Below, one piece after another: positions 41,141 to 52,160 of a stretch of 64,000 nt of DNA; within the stretch, counting starts at the first letter, position 1, and each line of letters opens with the position of its first letter. The notes under the pieces were generated by a model. That model was not told the origin of the DNA, did no database searches, and was given only the letters and a program-made list of their open reading frames with translations. Source of the DNA: a virus. Its lineage: Duplodnaviria; Caudoviricetes. The stretch lies in the IMG/VR virus record IMGVR_UViG_2859564202_000001; one strand, 5' to 3'. The position numbers and the translations under genes are program-made.

Positions 41141-41446
41141 ATGAGGAAACTAGCTTCGATTGGTATTGCAATAGCATTATCGCTTGCAATCACTCCTACT
41201 ATTCAGGCGAATGAAATAATCACGCCTCAAGCCATGGATCGAATTGCAGTAAAGTGCAATGTCCACAAAATTTGGTCGGTTCCAAGCTTGAACAACTATG
41301 ACGGTTGGGTCGTAGTTGGTCATGCCTATTCTAAGGTTGAGGCTGAAAAAAGGGCCAATACTTTCGTCCCATTTGGTCATACTAAACGTCATTGCCTTCC
41401 GGTACCTATTGACCGCTTTCCGTTTGAAGGACTTAACCGAAGTTAA
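41141..41446 (+). CDS. Small secreted protein with a Cys pair
   Basis: Signal peptide IQA-NE. Confidence 0.7.
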   Translation: MRKLASIGIAIALSLAITPTIQANEIITPQAMDRIAVKCNVHKIWSVPSLNNYDGWVVVGHAYSKVEAEKRANTFVPFGHTKRHCLPVPIDRFPFEGLNRS

Positions 41447-41466
41447 GGTGCTAGGCGAATCAACTC

Positions 41467-41838
41467 ATGCGAAAAACTTATGTCTTTCTAACTCAATTTA
41501 TTGTAGAAAAAGGCAATGAAAGTAACGCCTACAACAGATATCGCGAACGAGTGCAGAATCTATTGGCTCTGGACGGTGTTGATGTAATTTCAGTTTCTAA
41601 AAACCTTCAGCAGGCTGAAAAAGCTTATGGATGGGAGTCGCTTTCCGACCAATATCAAATGGAGCACGACGGTAAATATCCAGAAAACCATATTCTGTGC
41701 GATGTTTACACTGTGGTCGTTCTAAATGACATAGAGAAATTTGAAGAAGCTGCTGAACTCTTGATCATGGATGACCGAGACGTGAGTGTTGATGCTTTCC
41801 CCAGTCGCGTCGACGCTTTCGAACAGGTGCTGTTTTAG
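41467..41838 (+). CDS. Small acidic cytoplasmic protein
   Basis: Starts 20 nt after the secreted gene; low GC. Confidence 0.7.
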   Translation: MRKTYVFLTQFIVEKGNESNAYNRYRERVQNLLALDGVDVISVSKNLQQAEKAYGWESLSDQYQMEHDGKYPENHILCDVYTVVVLNDIEKFEEAAELLIMDDRDVSVDAFPSRVDAFEQVLF

Positions 41839-42413
41839 AAGGGAAATAGACAGCATCAACGCTTCGCGGGTAAGCCAGCAGAGCAAGATTCATGGGCATG
41901 AGTCGTAAGACAGACCGTGACGGCACCGCATAGCCACTGTACAGTTGCTGTTAACTAGGACTATCTCTTTTCCTGCCCTGAATGGCGAGCAGAAGATCGT
42001 TGCGTAACCCATCAGAATTTTCTGCAACCAAAGACCGCACTTTGTATCAGCAAAGTGCGGTTAATACCAATTCCCGGAAAGTAGAACATGGGGAGATTTA
42101 ATGAGGAAGCAGTACCGAACATGCATGAAAGAGAGACAGGCAAATAGCCGACCAGAGCGTATAAAGGTACCATACACACCCTGTCAACCGATGACATAGT
42201 CATTCCACCCGAATGAGTAGTCACACAACCAAGACAAATCACAACTGTATTACCCCACCGGATGGTGTAAAAAGCACGGAAGACTTGATTTAAAGGGTCC
42301 ACTACCGATTAAGGCGATTGGGTACCGGAATTCCAGAAAGTCGGTACCCAATCACCTTAATCGGTTTCTTACTTACTCTGGAAAACAACTCCCTAGGAAG
42401 CTGTTACAAACAG

Positions 42414-42623
42414 TCACTCATCAAATCCTGAATCAGTCGCAGTACCTTCTGTGGATTGATCACTGTCAGCGATGGATACTTTCTGCCGACGTTTCTCCAT
42501 CAGTTTTTTAGAACCTCCGACCAGCCCTACACCTGCTAACAGCACCAAAGATGCTCCTACAGAGCCCTGAACCCTGCCCTTGTGCAGTCCTTTATTAAAA
42601 CCATGTCCCCACTGCGCACTCAT
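42414..42623 (-). CDS. Small membrane protein or fragment
   Basis: GGAG RBS; one hydrophobic helix; long hairpin at 42304-42365 downstream. Confidence 0.45.
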   Translation of the reverse strand: MSAQWGHGFNKGLHKGRVQGSVGASLVLLAGVGLVGGSKKLMEKRRQKVSIADSDQSTEGTATDSGFDE

Positions 42624-42846
42624 ATGTACTCCAAACTATTGACATCTACGGTAGATACGAGTCTAGTGCGATCTCGATGCAGTGCTTACCCGCACCACCA
42701 GCAGAGGTAGCGACAGTTGAAGGACACCTTTAGTACGATTACCGGATCCTCTATCATTTAATGCAGTCGCCGCTGATGGTGAAATTTATTCACCTGACTC
42801 CTTACACGCTATGCCAGAATTAATTGAAGTCATGACCTCAGCCTCA

Positions 42847-45051
42847 TCAATCGACTATAGAATCTGCGATACTGTAGCCCCCTAATCGTTCTCGAGTGAA
42901 ATCACTTCTTCCAGTCTCCAGTGCATATGCGACAACTTTTCGCTTCCCTTCCCAGCTAAAATCCGTGAACTGTATCTTACCTAGTTCTACATCTACTTCA
43001 GACTTGGTTATAGCCCGTAGAGAATCAGGTACGTACCGTGAAAACAGACTATGCTGAAAAGAATCTATCCATGCACCACCGCTTGGTCCCTGTCGCGAAG
43101 AATACACAGTCGTTAAGAAAAGCACTCCAATATCTATCACATCAAACTGATGTTCCTCTATACCACTTTGCAGAGACTTCAGCACTGAAGAAAAATTCGA
43201 GCTTTTCGCCAAAATACCAAGCGAATATGGACCTAAATCCCAATCTGAGGGGTCCTGATTCTTCAATACACTTAAAATTCTAGCTTCGGTCTTTATATTA
43301 ACTTTACGAAAAAGCTCAAGGCCACTTACATCATTACCACAGGCTCTAGCCCTTTCCCCCACCTGGTTTAACCAGAAAGCAGCCTCATTAAGCGTCATCT
43401 CAGAAAAGAATTTCTCATAGAGTTGTTCCACTGGTAATTGAGGCAATGCACCAAGAATCGAGCACGCATGGGAATACAGGTCACTGAATATGCCGCTCAT
43501 ACGCACTTGACGACCTTTATCATGCATACCATTAGCAGCGGTGAATAACACCTCAACTGCCATGTGCCTAACACCCTCTCCATCAAGTCGATCAATTGCT
43601 AGAGGAAGCTTTTTCATCACTGATGCCACCATGTCATTGTCATCGGAGTTAATTAAATCGACGAAACCCATAGCATCGTCCGCATTAGATAGATACTTAT
43701 CCAACTGTTCATCACTTATGACATGTCCAGGTCTTTGAAACATGAGGTACGTGTCAAAATAAACTTCCGTCGAGATCCCCCTCTCACGATGCATTCTCGT
43801 ACTAGGGTGATCCGAAAGACGTGGGAAAAGGAACAAAAGCATGGTCTTTAAAAGATCCATCTGCTCGTTGTTCATCCCCTCACATAATTGCTTTTCCCAA
43901 CCGGGTTTCTGCGAGCCTGTCGTTCGACCTCCTTGAAGCAATACTTCCTTCGCTCGAGAAAGACGTTTATACACAGACGGAAAAACAATTCGAATGGTCG
44001 CAAGTATTGTGAGATCAACGCCGTTAACTTCACCTGATCCATATATCCGAGTCCAGTTGGTTAGTAGAGCAGCAAAACGGTGCAACAGCCTCGGCGTGAC
44101 CAGAGTCTTTTCCCAGACATCGAACATTCTCGACTTCACTAGTGCAAAGTCTTCAGGATCACCCGATAGCGAAACACCCTGGAAAAGCTTGTCAAATAAT
44201 GCACTGAGCTCTTTCTCTATTTGAAATGATGTCAGAGGCGGAACATCGAAAGGATACTGCACGATTTTCTCCATGAAACGCAAAGCATCATCTTCGCTAC
44301 CACCTACAGCTGTCGATCTGGCTAGCGTCGTTAACAGTGATTCTTCTTCATAAACCAAAAGATAATTCACCTGCGGGAATCGTCCAAGCAAGCGTATTAC
44401 TTTCATTAACAGCGCCAATTCATCAGTATGGAGGCGATCAATATCATCGACGACAATGAGAATTCGCTTGTTCAGATCTTTAAAATGGTTCGCAGCACGT
44501 GTATACAGCGTTGGCCACGAATCTTGCTCCTGTTTCCATGTCTTATATACAGCGTTTGCAGCATCTACTCCTTTTGAGAGCGCAAGTGCTTCTAGGACAC
44601 CAAACCCTCCGACCCCACCTGCAATTGACCCAATCGTGCTAAAGGTTTTCTGCAGAACAGTTTTGATCTTTTGGCCGGTCTTATCATCAGGTACCGTCCC
44701 AACGATTACTCGGTAAAACTCCTCAATCAAAGATTGCGGGTCAGAGGCCACCCACGGGTTGAAATCAACGATTGTCCATTTTTCGTTCGATAGAGATTCT
44801 TCCGAGCGAATCAAATTAACAAGAGATGTCTTACCACTGCCCCACTGACCAGTAAGACTGAAAACAGTGCTCGCTCCCCAAGGTGCCACATCGCAGATTA
44901 TATTTGCCAGCTGGGCTGAATACGCAGAACGCTCGAAACGATCCTCAGAGATCTTAGTAATAGGCAAGTCTCGACCAGATACTGAATCTCCATCAGTTTT
45001 TACCGTGTTGTTTTTTGCCGCATCTGAAAATGGGGTAAACAGTCCGCTCAT
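42847..45051 (-). CDS. KAP family P-loop NTPase
   Basis: GQWGSGKTS, FNPW, IVVDDIDR, EKIVQYPF and TPR motifs. Confidence 0.9.
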   Translation of the reverse strand: MSGLFTPFSDAAKNNTVKTDGDSVSGRDLPITKISEDRFERSAYSAQLANIICDVAPWGASTVFSLTGQWGSGKTSLVNLIRSEESLSNEKWTIVDFNPWVASDPQSLIEEFYRVIVGTVPDDKTGQKIKTVLQKTFSTIGSIAGGVGGFGVLEALALSKGVDAANAVYKTWKQEQDSWPTLYTRAANHFKDLNKRILIVVDDIDRLHTDELALLMKVIRLLGRFPQVNYLLVYEEESLLTTLARSTAVGGSEDDALRFMEKIVQYPFDVPPLTSFQIEKELSALFDKLFQGVSLSGDPEDFALVKSRMFDVWEKTLVTPRLLHRFAALLTNWTRIYGSGEVNGVDLTILATIRIVFPSVYKRLSRAKEVLLQGGRTTGSQKPGWEKQLCEGMNNEQMDLLKTMLLFLFPRLSDHPSTRMHRERGISTEVYFDTYLMFQRPGHVISDEQLDKYLSNADDAMGFVDLINSDDNDMVASVMKKLPLAIDRLDGEGVRHMAVEVLFTAANGMHDKGRQVRMSGIFSDLYSHACSILGALPQLPVEQLYEKFFSEMTLNEAAFWLNQVGERARACGNDVSGLELFRKVNIKTEARILSVLKNQDPSDWDLGPYSLGILAKSSNFSSVLKSLQSGIEEHQFDVIDIGVLFLTTVYSSRQGPSGGAWIDSFQHSLFSRYVPDSLRAITKSEVDVELGKIQFTDFSWEGKRKVVAYALETGRSDFTRERLGGYSIADSIVD

Positions 45052-45296
45052 TTCTAGCACTGTACCGTGCTAAATCTTGGCACATGCAGCAATATCGGTG
45101 GGACACATCATCCATCGCTGTGTGCTAGAACCGCCGTATGTTAATAAGGCCTACTACGCCCCTGCAGAGATTCTAGTTCTCCTTCTTAAAACGGATATAC
45201 CATCCAACTCTTAAGTCGCCGTATACATCGACTTTTCGGCTTCATATGAGATGCTATTTACCTACTTTTCCAGTGGTGTGTCATAAGATCCGAAGC

Positions 45297-46994
45297 ATGA
45301 CTGTTTTCCATGATTTTGAAATAGTAGTTACCCCAAATCCTGATGCCCCAGAAGCTTTGCAAAAAATAGGAGAACAATACTGGATAATCTCGGAGATTAA
45401 CCCAGATCTGAAAACTGTTCAATGGGCGCAGAATGTCTCAGATATTGACCATCAACCCTGGTCATCTTCCGCCTACCTCGCTGCTGCAGCAGCAGTGGAT
45501 GCTACAGTCCCTACCGCACATTGTAGTGCATGTGATTCTATCTTGACGTTAACGTCTCGTGCCGCAGTGAGCGAGGTACTACGAGAGCGACCTATAAAGT
45601 GCAAAAAGTGTACCCCCAAGATTGATGAACACATCAAAAAAATATTAGACCCAGCAGCCCAGGCGAGACAAAAAGAACGCGCTGCGCGAAAACGGGAAGA
45701 AGACTGCAAAAGGGCGCAACAGCGGCTTGCAGATCAGAAGGCGCGAGAGGCGCGACAGCTGCTAGATATTGAACGTCAGCAGGTGATTGCAGATCGCTAT
45801 GGGCCGTTGGTGAATATGCATAGCGACGCTGTGCTAGCGGGTGCTTCAATAAGAGCAAAAATAGGTGCTCTCGCAACTATTTACGGTGCTCAAAACTTAG
45901 AGAATGTCATTCACTCAGTTAGTTTTACTGACAGACGTATTTCTCCCGATGGACAACTGTCGAAAGAATTATTTCGCGAAGCTTGGAGCGCAAACCTTCT
46001 TATCCCTGATCCATCTTCTGATGTGGAAGCGTTTGCGTGGAGCGAAAAGAATTCCACTGAGCTAGCGGGAGGCATATTCGTTGAGAAAATGCTATTTACT
46101 GTCCCGGACACAGGCCGCTCCAATAACCGTGTCCAGAGCTTCTCAGAAGAACTTCGTAACCACATTTCTTTGAAAGATATGTATTCTACACAACGTGAAG
46201 AGCTATTAGACCTTGCCTACGAGCTCATGGTGGGGGAAGCAGTACGTTTTGCTAACTTCCGCCTTTATGATCAGAATCTCCCACCACTTACTGAAGCAAA
46301 TATAGACAAATTGAGAGCCCATCTACGTGAGGCCGCAGCTAGTGCGTCACTAGGAGTGTTATATCTAATGGTGTGGCGATCTGTAAAAGACGCAGCTGCA
46401 GCGCACACTAAACATACAAGAATGAGCAAAGAAAATGCGACAACGCATAGTGTTACAAAAGTTTCTATCTTTGTTGACCAATTATTAAGCGGAACATTCC
46501 CTTGTTCAAAGCCTTTTCACGAATCTTCACAAGTCCCACTGAGTGAAGCCACCAAGATAGTTTTTAATTTGATTATGGAGTCACCGCCGATGGAAACTGA
46601 GCCGAGTGTGCTGCGAAATTCCCTCCAAGAACACTCGGATTGGGAGCTATTGCAACAGTGTGATGAGAAGATTCCTGATCGGGAGTTTCTGATGGAGTGG
46701 TTATATCAAGAACAGACGTGGACTGCAGAGCAATTTTTTGATGCTCTAGCTATGGTTTCTTCTAGCGAGTTTCGTATATGTGCACCTGGATGTGCGCATC
46801 AAGTAAGTGCAGACATCGCTACACAAGTCTTAGAATTCCACGATCGAGTGTCTTTCCATGACGATCGTAAAAGCGCCATGCTTGCTGCTGAAGCAACTAT
46901 TATTGGTAACAAAATTGGTTCACAAGCACGGGCCGGAGACTTTGTTTTAGGTGAAGTAATCACCAAGCTGCAGAACATACCTGGTGAGGTATAA
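45297..46994 (+). CDS. Large hypothetical protein with CxxC/CxxC zinc site and coiled coil
   Basis: CSAC...CKKC; about 565-aa ORF. Confidence 0.75.
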   Translation: MTVFHDFEIVVTPNPDAPEALQKIGEQYWIISEINPDLKTVQWAQNVSDIDHQPWSSSAYLAAAAAVDATVPTAHCSACDSILTLTSRAAVSEVLRERPIKCKKCTPKIDEHIKKILDPAAQARQKERAARKREEDCKRAQQRLADQKAREARQLLDIERQQVIADRYGPLVNMHSDAVLAGASIRAKIGALATIYGAQNLENVIHSVSFTDRRISPDGQLSKELFREAWSANLLIPDPSSDVEAFAWSEKNSTELAGGIFVEKMLFTVPDTGRSNNRVQSFSEELRNHISLKDMYSTQREELLDLAYELMVGEAVRFANFRLYDQNLPPLTEANIDKLRAHLREAAASASLGVLYLMVWRSVKDAAAAHTKHTRMSKENATTHSVTKVSIFVDQLLSGTFPCSKPFHESSQVPLSEATKIVFNLIMESPPMETEPSVLRNSLQEHSDWELLQQCDEKIPDREFLMEWLYQEQTWTAEQFFDALAMVSSSEFRICAPGCAHQVSADIATQVLEFHDRVSFHDDRKSAMLAAEATIIGNKIGSQARAGDFVLGEVITKLQNIPGEV

Positions 46995-47039
46995 CTTCTG
47001 CGTCGTCCAATTAGTCTATGACTATTTTTCTCGACGCTG

Positions 47040-47261
47040 ATGGAGAAGTCGTGGATTTTCGCCCGTAACCACCAAGAACTCGCCGAGGTACTCCTCGAAC
47101 ATCTCGACATCACCCATGACAGCGATCTCGTGCGCCTCGCAGCAGCGTGTCTCGACTGTGAGGTCGATGCCGTCATGTGGGTAGAAGACAAAGACAATGA
47201 ACCACCACTCAACAGTTTTTTCACACTCAGTGCAGTGACACTACTCAACATCTATCTATAG
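47040..47261 (+). CDS. Small hypothetical protein
   Basis: 73-aa ORF; weak support. Confidence 0.4.
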   Translation: MEKSWIFARNHQELAEVLLEHLDITHDSDLVRLAAACLDCEVDAVMWVEDKDNEPPLNSFFTLSAVTLLNIYL

Positions 47262-47790
47262 AAAAGCCATCAACGCCCCTCACAGAAAAAGTGATGAGGT
47301 GTTGATGGCGTTGACAGAGTTGCCGCACATCCACAGGCGAGCGCAAACAACACACCTGCGACATCCGTGTGAATTTCTACCCGTCAATGACCACAAGGTG
47401 AACCCGTGGCTTACTCAAGTGAAGTGCCCCAGGTTTTGTTCCGTTTGAGTAGATGGGAAAATCTGAGGCACTTCATACCGGCACACTTGATCTCTGTGCA
47501 CATAGCGATACTGATGTTCAGTTCCGGCCACTCAACACAGCGCTGACATTCCACTACAATGCAGACTCTGCAGTATGGGAACTCGCGCCATTTGACTAAC
47601 ACATCCACAAAAAATAACCCTCGTAGTAGCTTAAACAAGCTGCTGCGGGGGTTATTTTTTTACTTTTACATGCAAACCCATACAGTGACTCCTGCCGGCA
47701 ACAAGCCCCATAAATCGACGTGATAAGCCGGTGCGACTTCCTCCGGGAGATTCCTGCGAACTCACTTTTTCGACCATGATCTCCCATCTT

Positions 47791-47850
47791 TTGATATCCT
47801 CTCCACCCTAAAGAGTGGAGATTCCGGCTCAAAGAGCGGTGGTTCAAGCT
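47791..47850 (-). mobile_element. IS200/IS605 (tnpB-type) right-end remnant
   Basis: Minus strand reads GGAATCTCCACTCTTTAGGGTGGAGAGGATATCAA. Confidence 0.55.
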
Positions 47851-48275
47851 GCCTCTGAATTACGCTCCACGAAACCCTCAAGCCCCGGAGCTACCCACCC
47901 TACGGGGAGTGACCACAAGTGAGACAGATCAGGTCTAAATGATGTGCGCTCCTCTTCGAGCACAAGTGCAGCAAAGTCTTCTTCGAGTGTTGCACTCATG
48001 AGAGATTGACCTGGAAAAACAAAAGAAATTTCACCAGGCGTGGAAAGAGCCGTCACAAACACCAGATGGACCAATTGCCCTTTATATATTTCTTCACGAG
48101 CAACATCAGCCTTGTTAATATCTTCCCATTCAAGAAAATGGTTCTTCAGCTTCCTACCCTTCAGAAGCTTTTCAATATAATCACGTCCATCTGAGCCATC
48201 TAATAAACCTACGCAGCATTCATAGCTTGAATGCTGCTCAGAAAGGAACAAGAGAATCAGTTTGTCGGAATACAT
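47844..48275 (-). CDS. Hypothetical protein, C-terminus possibly IS-derived
   Basis: GGAG RBS near the start. Confidence 0.55.
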   Translation of the reverse strand: MYSDKLILLFLSEQHSSYECCVGLLDGSDGRDYIEKLLKGRKLKNHFLEWEDINKADVAREEIYKGQLVHLVFVTALSTPGEISFVFPGQSLMSATLEEDFAALVLEEERTSFRPDLSHLWSLPVGWVAPGLEGFVERNSEAA

Positions 48276-48416
48276 GCCTCAATTCTCCTATCCTATTCCT
48301 TATTTAACTACGGCCTATCGTACAGGGAAGATAAGTCGCCTTATTGATATCGCAGCCCAATACGCGCCCCTGCTTCAGCGGGTCCGACCCCCGGATGGTG
48401 GACACGGAGGATTTGA

Positions 48417-49313
48417 TCAGGAAGCAGATCTCAGGATAGCAGGACCGCGCTCCTCAAACACGACCGGAGCCAGATATCTACACCAGGAATGCCGGCGAAC
48501 CGTGTTGTAACGGGTACACCAGCGGAAGACGTCCCGGCGACAGCACAATTGATTTTCAAAGGTCTTGGAATCCTGCAGGACTTCCCGCTTCATCGCGGCA
48601 TTGAAAGACTCCGCCAAAGCGTTGTCAGCACTGGTGCCAATTGATCCCATCGACTGCCTGATCCCTAGTTTCTTACACGTCTCCTGAAACGCATGAGACG
48701 TGTAAACGCTGCCGTGGTCGGAGTGAAAAATCGCACCTTTGAGGTTTCCACGCTGGTCTTTAGCCATGAGCAGCGCGTCCTGGACCAAGCTCGTGCGCAT
48801 GTGATCTGCGATAGAAAAGCCCACCAACCTGCGGGAGTAACAGTCAATGACCGTGGCCAGGTACATATTCGACCCATCCTGAATTGGCAGATAGGTGATA
48901 TCCCCGACATAGAGCTGGTTCGGCTTGTCAGCGGTGAACTTCCGGCCGACAAGGTCAGGGAACACTGTCTTGGTTTTGTCCGGCACGGTGGTGGTGACCT
49001 TGCGTTTCTTTGTGTATCCGAACAGCTTCAACGATCGCATGATCCGGGCAACCCGCTTGTGGTTCGCAAGGTCATGGCCGATCTGGTCTTTGAGTTCAGC
49101 CGCGATTCGTTTGGCCCCATAACAGCCACTGTGAGTGGTGAATACAGTCTTGACCTGGACCCCAAGAATAGCGTCGCTGAGCAGGCGTTTTTCACGCGTG
49201 AAGGCGGTGCTTTTCCATTTGTAATATGAGGAACGATTGAGCTTCAACACGTCACATATCCGCTTAACCGAGTAGGTCTTTCGAGCGTCATCAACGAATC
49301 GGAAGCGGATCAC
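48417..49313 (-). CDS. IS3 transposase OrfB (DDE)
   Basis: GDITY, HSDHGS and DNALAESF motifs. Confidence 0.95.
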   Translation of the reverse strand: MIRFRFVDDARKTYSVKRICDVLKLNRSSYYKWKSTAFTREKRLLSDAILGVQVKTVFTTHSGCYGAKRIAAELKDQIGHDLANHKRVARIMRSLKLFGYTKKRKVTTTVPDKTKTVFPDLVGRKFTADKPNQLYVGDITYLPIQDGSNMYLATVIDCYSRRLVGFSIADHMRTSLVQDALLMAKDQRGNLKGAIFHSDHGSVYTSHAFQETCKKLGIRQSMGSIGTSADNALAESFNAAMKREVLQDSKTFENQLCCRRDVFRWCTRYNTVRRHSWCRYLAPVVFEERGPAILRSAS

Positions 49314-49606
49314 CAGTTCGTCTCTTCCGCGAAATATTTGGCCGCTTTCCGCAGGATGTCACGCTCTTCGCGGAGGAGTGCATTTTCCTTTTCAAGTTGG
49401 CGGATCCGTTCAGCTTCGGACAGCGCGGTGGCCGTGTTAGCGCCATGTGGAGTTGAGTTGGCCCCGTATTTAGTAATCCAGTTTTTAAGGGTCATTCGGT
49501 TGATTCCGAGATCATTGGCGATCTTCTGGATCGAGGTGCCGGCGGAGTTCTCGTAGAGCGCGACAGCGTCGCGCTTGAACTCCTCTGTGTAGGTCTTGCG
49601 TGGCAT
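49310..49606 (-). CDS. IS3 transposase OrfA (HTH)
   Basis: YTEEFKRDAV...LRKAAKYF. Confidence 0.95.
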   Translation of the reverse strand: MPRKTYTEEFKRDAVALYENSAGTSIQKIANDLGINRMTLKNWITKYGANSTPHGANTATALSEAERIRQLEKENALLREERDILRKAAKYFAEETNW

Positions 49607-49849
49607 GGTGGCAGATTACCTTTCCCAGCATCATGCTTGTTTCAAGGTGTCCACCATCCGGGGGTCAGGTCCAGCTTCAGCTTTTGAACTTCTCCACATT
49701 GGATGACATCAACTAAGCGAGTGCGGACATACTGCAGAAACAAATGGTTTCCTCACTTCCTTCTATGAAATCCAGCTAGGTGCAGCCTCTGAGCTCCCTA
49801 CTAGAAAATCGCGCATAAGTTCCAGTACACCGATCACGAATGGCGTTGC

Positions 49850-49882
49850 TTGACATCCTCCCCGCCCTCGACGTGCGGGGCT
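49850..49882 (-). mobile_element. IS200/IS605-type right-end remnant
   Basis: Minus strand reads CCCCGCACGTCGAGGGCGGGGAGGATGTCAA. Confidence 0.55.
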
Positions 49883-49889
49883 GGCGCGT

Positions 49890-50066
49890 ATACCGAGAGG
49901 TCACTTCTGCATCAACAACGCAAAATACTGGATAACCACCAACATCAATGCCTGTATTAATAGTGCTGACATGCTGCAGCCTCTGCCTATAAAGCGCATC
50001 AACACGAGACTGCGCACTATCATGCGGTGAGCTGTGAAATTCTTTTGCTAAAGTGCGATACACCAT
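49890..50066 (-). pseudogene. Truncated gene resembling the N-terminus of actinobacterial Fic proteins
   Basis: YRTLAKEFH...LYRQRL...TGIDVGGYPVF runs into the IS end; no Fic motif remains. Confidence 0.35.
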
Positions 50067-50147
50067 AAGCTCTATTGTCCCCTACGTGCTCGTTTCTGGC
50101 CTTTTAGTAAGCACCAGGAATAAGCGCCGATGAAGACACAATCATAC

Positions 50148-50904
50148 CGACAATTAATCGTGCCGATATGAGCTCTTAAAAGACAGCATAAAACGAGTTT
50201 TTCAAAAGCCTATTAAGTGTCAATTACGACGTGCATTAATAGATACTCAATCACCTTAAATTGTTGACACACTCCACTAAAACAGGTCTATTAAAAGACA
50301 ATTGAATTACGCCCTAGTAGTACTTGTTTCAGGCCACCACTTAGAAGGCTTTTAAGTATCCACTATGTATCAATTATCTAGAACCTTTAGTGACTTTGAA
50401 ACGGCAGTACTCTATTGGCTCTTAATGGTCAATTACATAACAATTATATTGAGCCTTTGAAACAACTCACTCTGCTGCATATTAAAAGGTCGATTAACTA
50501 ACGATTGAATTGATCCTTAAAAAGCCTTTATCTATCGCATTATGAATAAATATTTAATCGACCTTTAATAGTGACCTAAAAGCCTTTTAAAAGCCAACGC
50601 ATTCAGTGACTTTTAAAAGGCTATTAAGTGTCAATTGAATTGCCTTGTTACTGGCTTTTAAAAGGCTATTAAAGAACACTCCCCTATTGTCTTTTAATCG
50701 TCACTTAATCGACCTCTAAAAGGTAACTAATTGACTCTTGAGTGACACATATTTAATTGACCTTTAAGTAACGATTATAAGGCAATTAATGTGACCAAAT
50801 AAAGACACGTAACTGACTAATCTTTATCTGACTATTACAAGGCTTTAAAAGAGCACTTATGTGTCGATTAAGTGTCTACGCAATAACTGTGCTTTAAGAG
50901 GCTT
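50148..50904. repeat. 11-bp-period TTAA array, left part
   Basis: For example CTTTTAAAAGG CTATTAAGTGT CAATTGAATTG at 50610-50642; same units as upstream of alpA. Confidence 0.8.
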
Positions 50905-50970
50905 GGACCTGACCCCCGGATGGTGGACACCTTGAAACAAGCATGATGCTGGGAAAGGTAATCTGCCACC

Positions 50971-51267
50971 ATGCCACGCAAGACCTACACAGAGGAGTTC
51001 AAGCGCGACGCTGTCGCGCTCTACGAGAACTCCGCCGGCACCTCGATCCAGAAGATCGCCAATGATCTCGGAATCAACCGAATGACCCTTAAAAACTGGA
51101 TTACTAAATACGGGGCCAACTCAACTCCACATGGCGCTAACACGGCCACCGCGCTGTCCGAAGCTGAACGGATCCGCCAACTTGAAAAGGAAAATGCACT
51201 CCTCCGCGAAGAGCGTGACATCCTGCGGAAAGCGGCCAAATATTTCGCGGAAGAGACGAACTGGTGA
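50971..51267 (+). CDS. IS3 transposase OrfA
   Basis: Identical to 49310-49606. Confidence 0.95.
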   Translation: MPRKTYTEEFKRDAVALYENSAGTSIQKIANDLGINRMTLKNWITKYGANSTPHGANTATALSEAERIRQLEKENALLREERDILRKAAKYFAEETNW

Positions 51268-52160
51268 TCCGCTTCCGATTCGTTGATGACGCTCGAAAGA
51301 CCTACTCGGTTAAGCGGATATGTGACGTGTTGAAGCTCAATCGTTCCTCATATTACAAATGGAAAAGCACCGCCTTCACGCGTGAAAAACGCCTGCTCAG
51401 CGACGCTATTCTTGGGGTCCAGGTCAAGACTGTATTCACCACTCACAGTGGCTGTTATGGGGCCAAACGAATCGCGGCTGAACTCAAAGACCAGATCGGC
51501 CATGACCTTGCGAACCACAAGCGGGTTGCCCGGATCATGCGATCGTTGAAGCTGTTCGGATACACAAAGAAACGCAAGGTCACCACCACCGTGCCGGACA
51601 AAACCAAGACAGTGTTCCCTGACCTTGTCGGCCGGAAGTTCACCGCTGACAAGCCGAACCAGCTCTATGTCGGGGATATCACCTATCTGCCAATTCAGGA
51701 TGGGTCGAATATGTACCTGGCCACGGTCATTGACTGTTACTCCCGCAGGTTGGTGGGCTTTTCTATCGCAGATCACATGCGCACGAGCTTGGTCCAGGAC
51801 GCGCTGCTCATGGCTAAAGACCAGCGTGGAAACCTCAAAGGTGCGATTTTTCACTCCGACCACGGCAGCGTTTACACGTCTCATGCGTTTCAGGAGACGT
51901 GTAAGAAACTAGGGATCAGGCAGTCGATGGGATCAATTGGCACCAGTGCTGACAACGCTTTGGCGGAGTCTTTCAATGCCGCGATGAAGCGGGAAGTCCT
52001 GCAGGATTCCAAGACCTTTGAAAATCAATTGTGCTGTCGCCGGGACGTCTTCCGCTGGTGTACCCGTTACAACACGGTTCGCCGGCATTCCTGGTGTAGA
52101 TATCTGGCTCCGGTCGTGTTTGAGGAGCGCGGTCCTGCTATCCTGAGATCTGCTTCCTGA
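51264..52160 (+). CDS. IS3 transposase OrfB
   Basis: Identical to 48417-49313. Confidence 0.95.
   Translation: MIRFRFVDDARKTYSVKRICDVLKLNRSSYYKWKSTAFTREKRLLSDAILGVQVKTVFTTHSGCYGAKRIAAELKDQIGHDLANHKRVARIMRSLKLFGYTKKRKVTTTVPDKTKTVFPDLVGRKFTADKPNQLYVGDITYLPIQDGSNMYLATVIDCYSRRLVGFSIADHMRTSLVQDALLMAKDQRGNLKGAIFHSDHGSVYTSHAFQETCKKLGIRQSMGSIGTSADNALAESFNAAMKREVLQDSKTFENQLCCRRDVFRWCTRYNTVRRHSWCRYLAPVVFEERGPAILRSAS

Larger units (their letters stand above)
48380..49672 (-). mobile_element. IS3 family element, copy 1 (1293 bp, target duplication AGC)
   Basis: 26-bp imperfect terminal inverted repeats around GACCCCCGGATGGTGGACAC; orfA/orfB. Confidence 0.95.
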
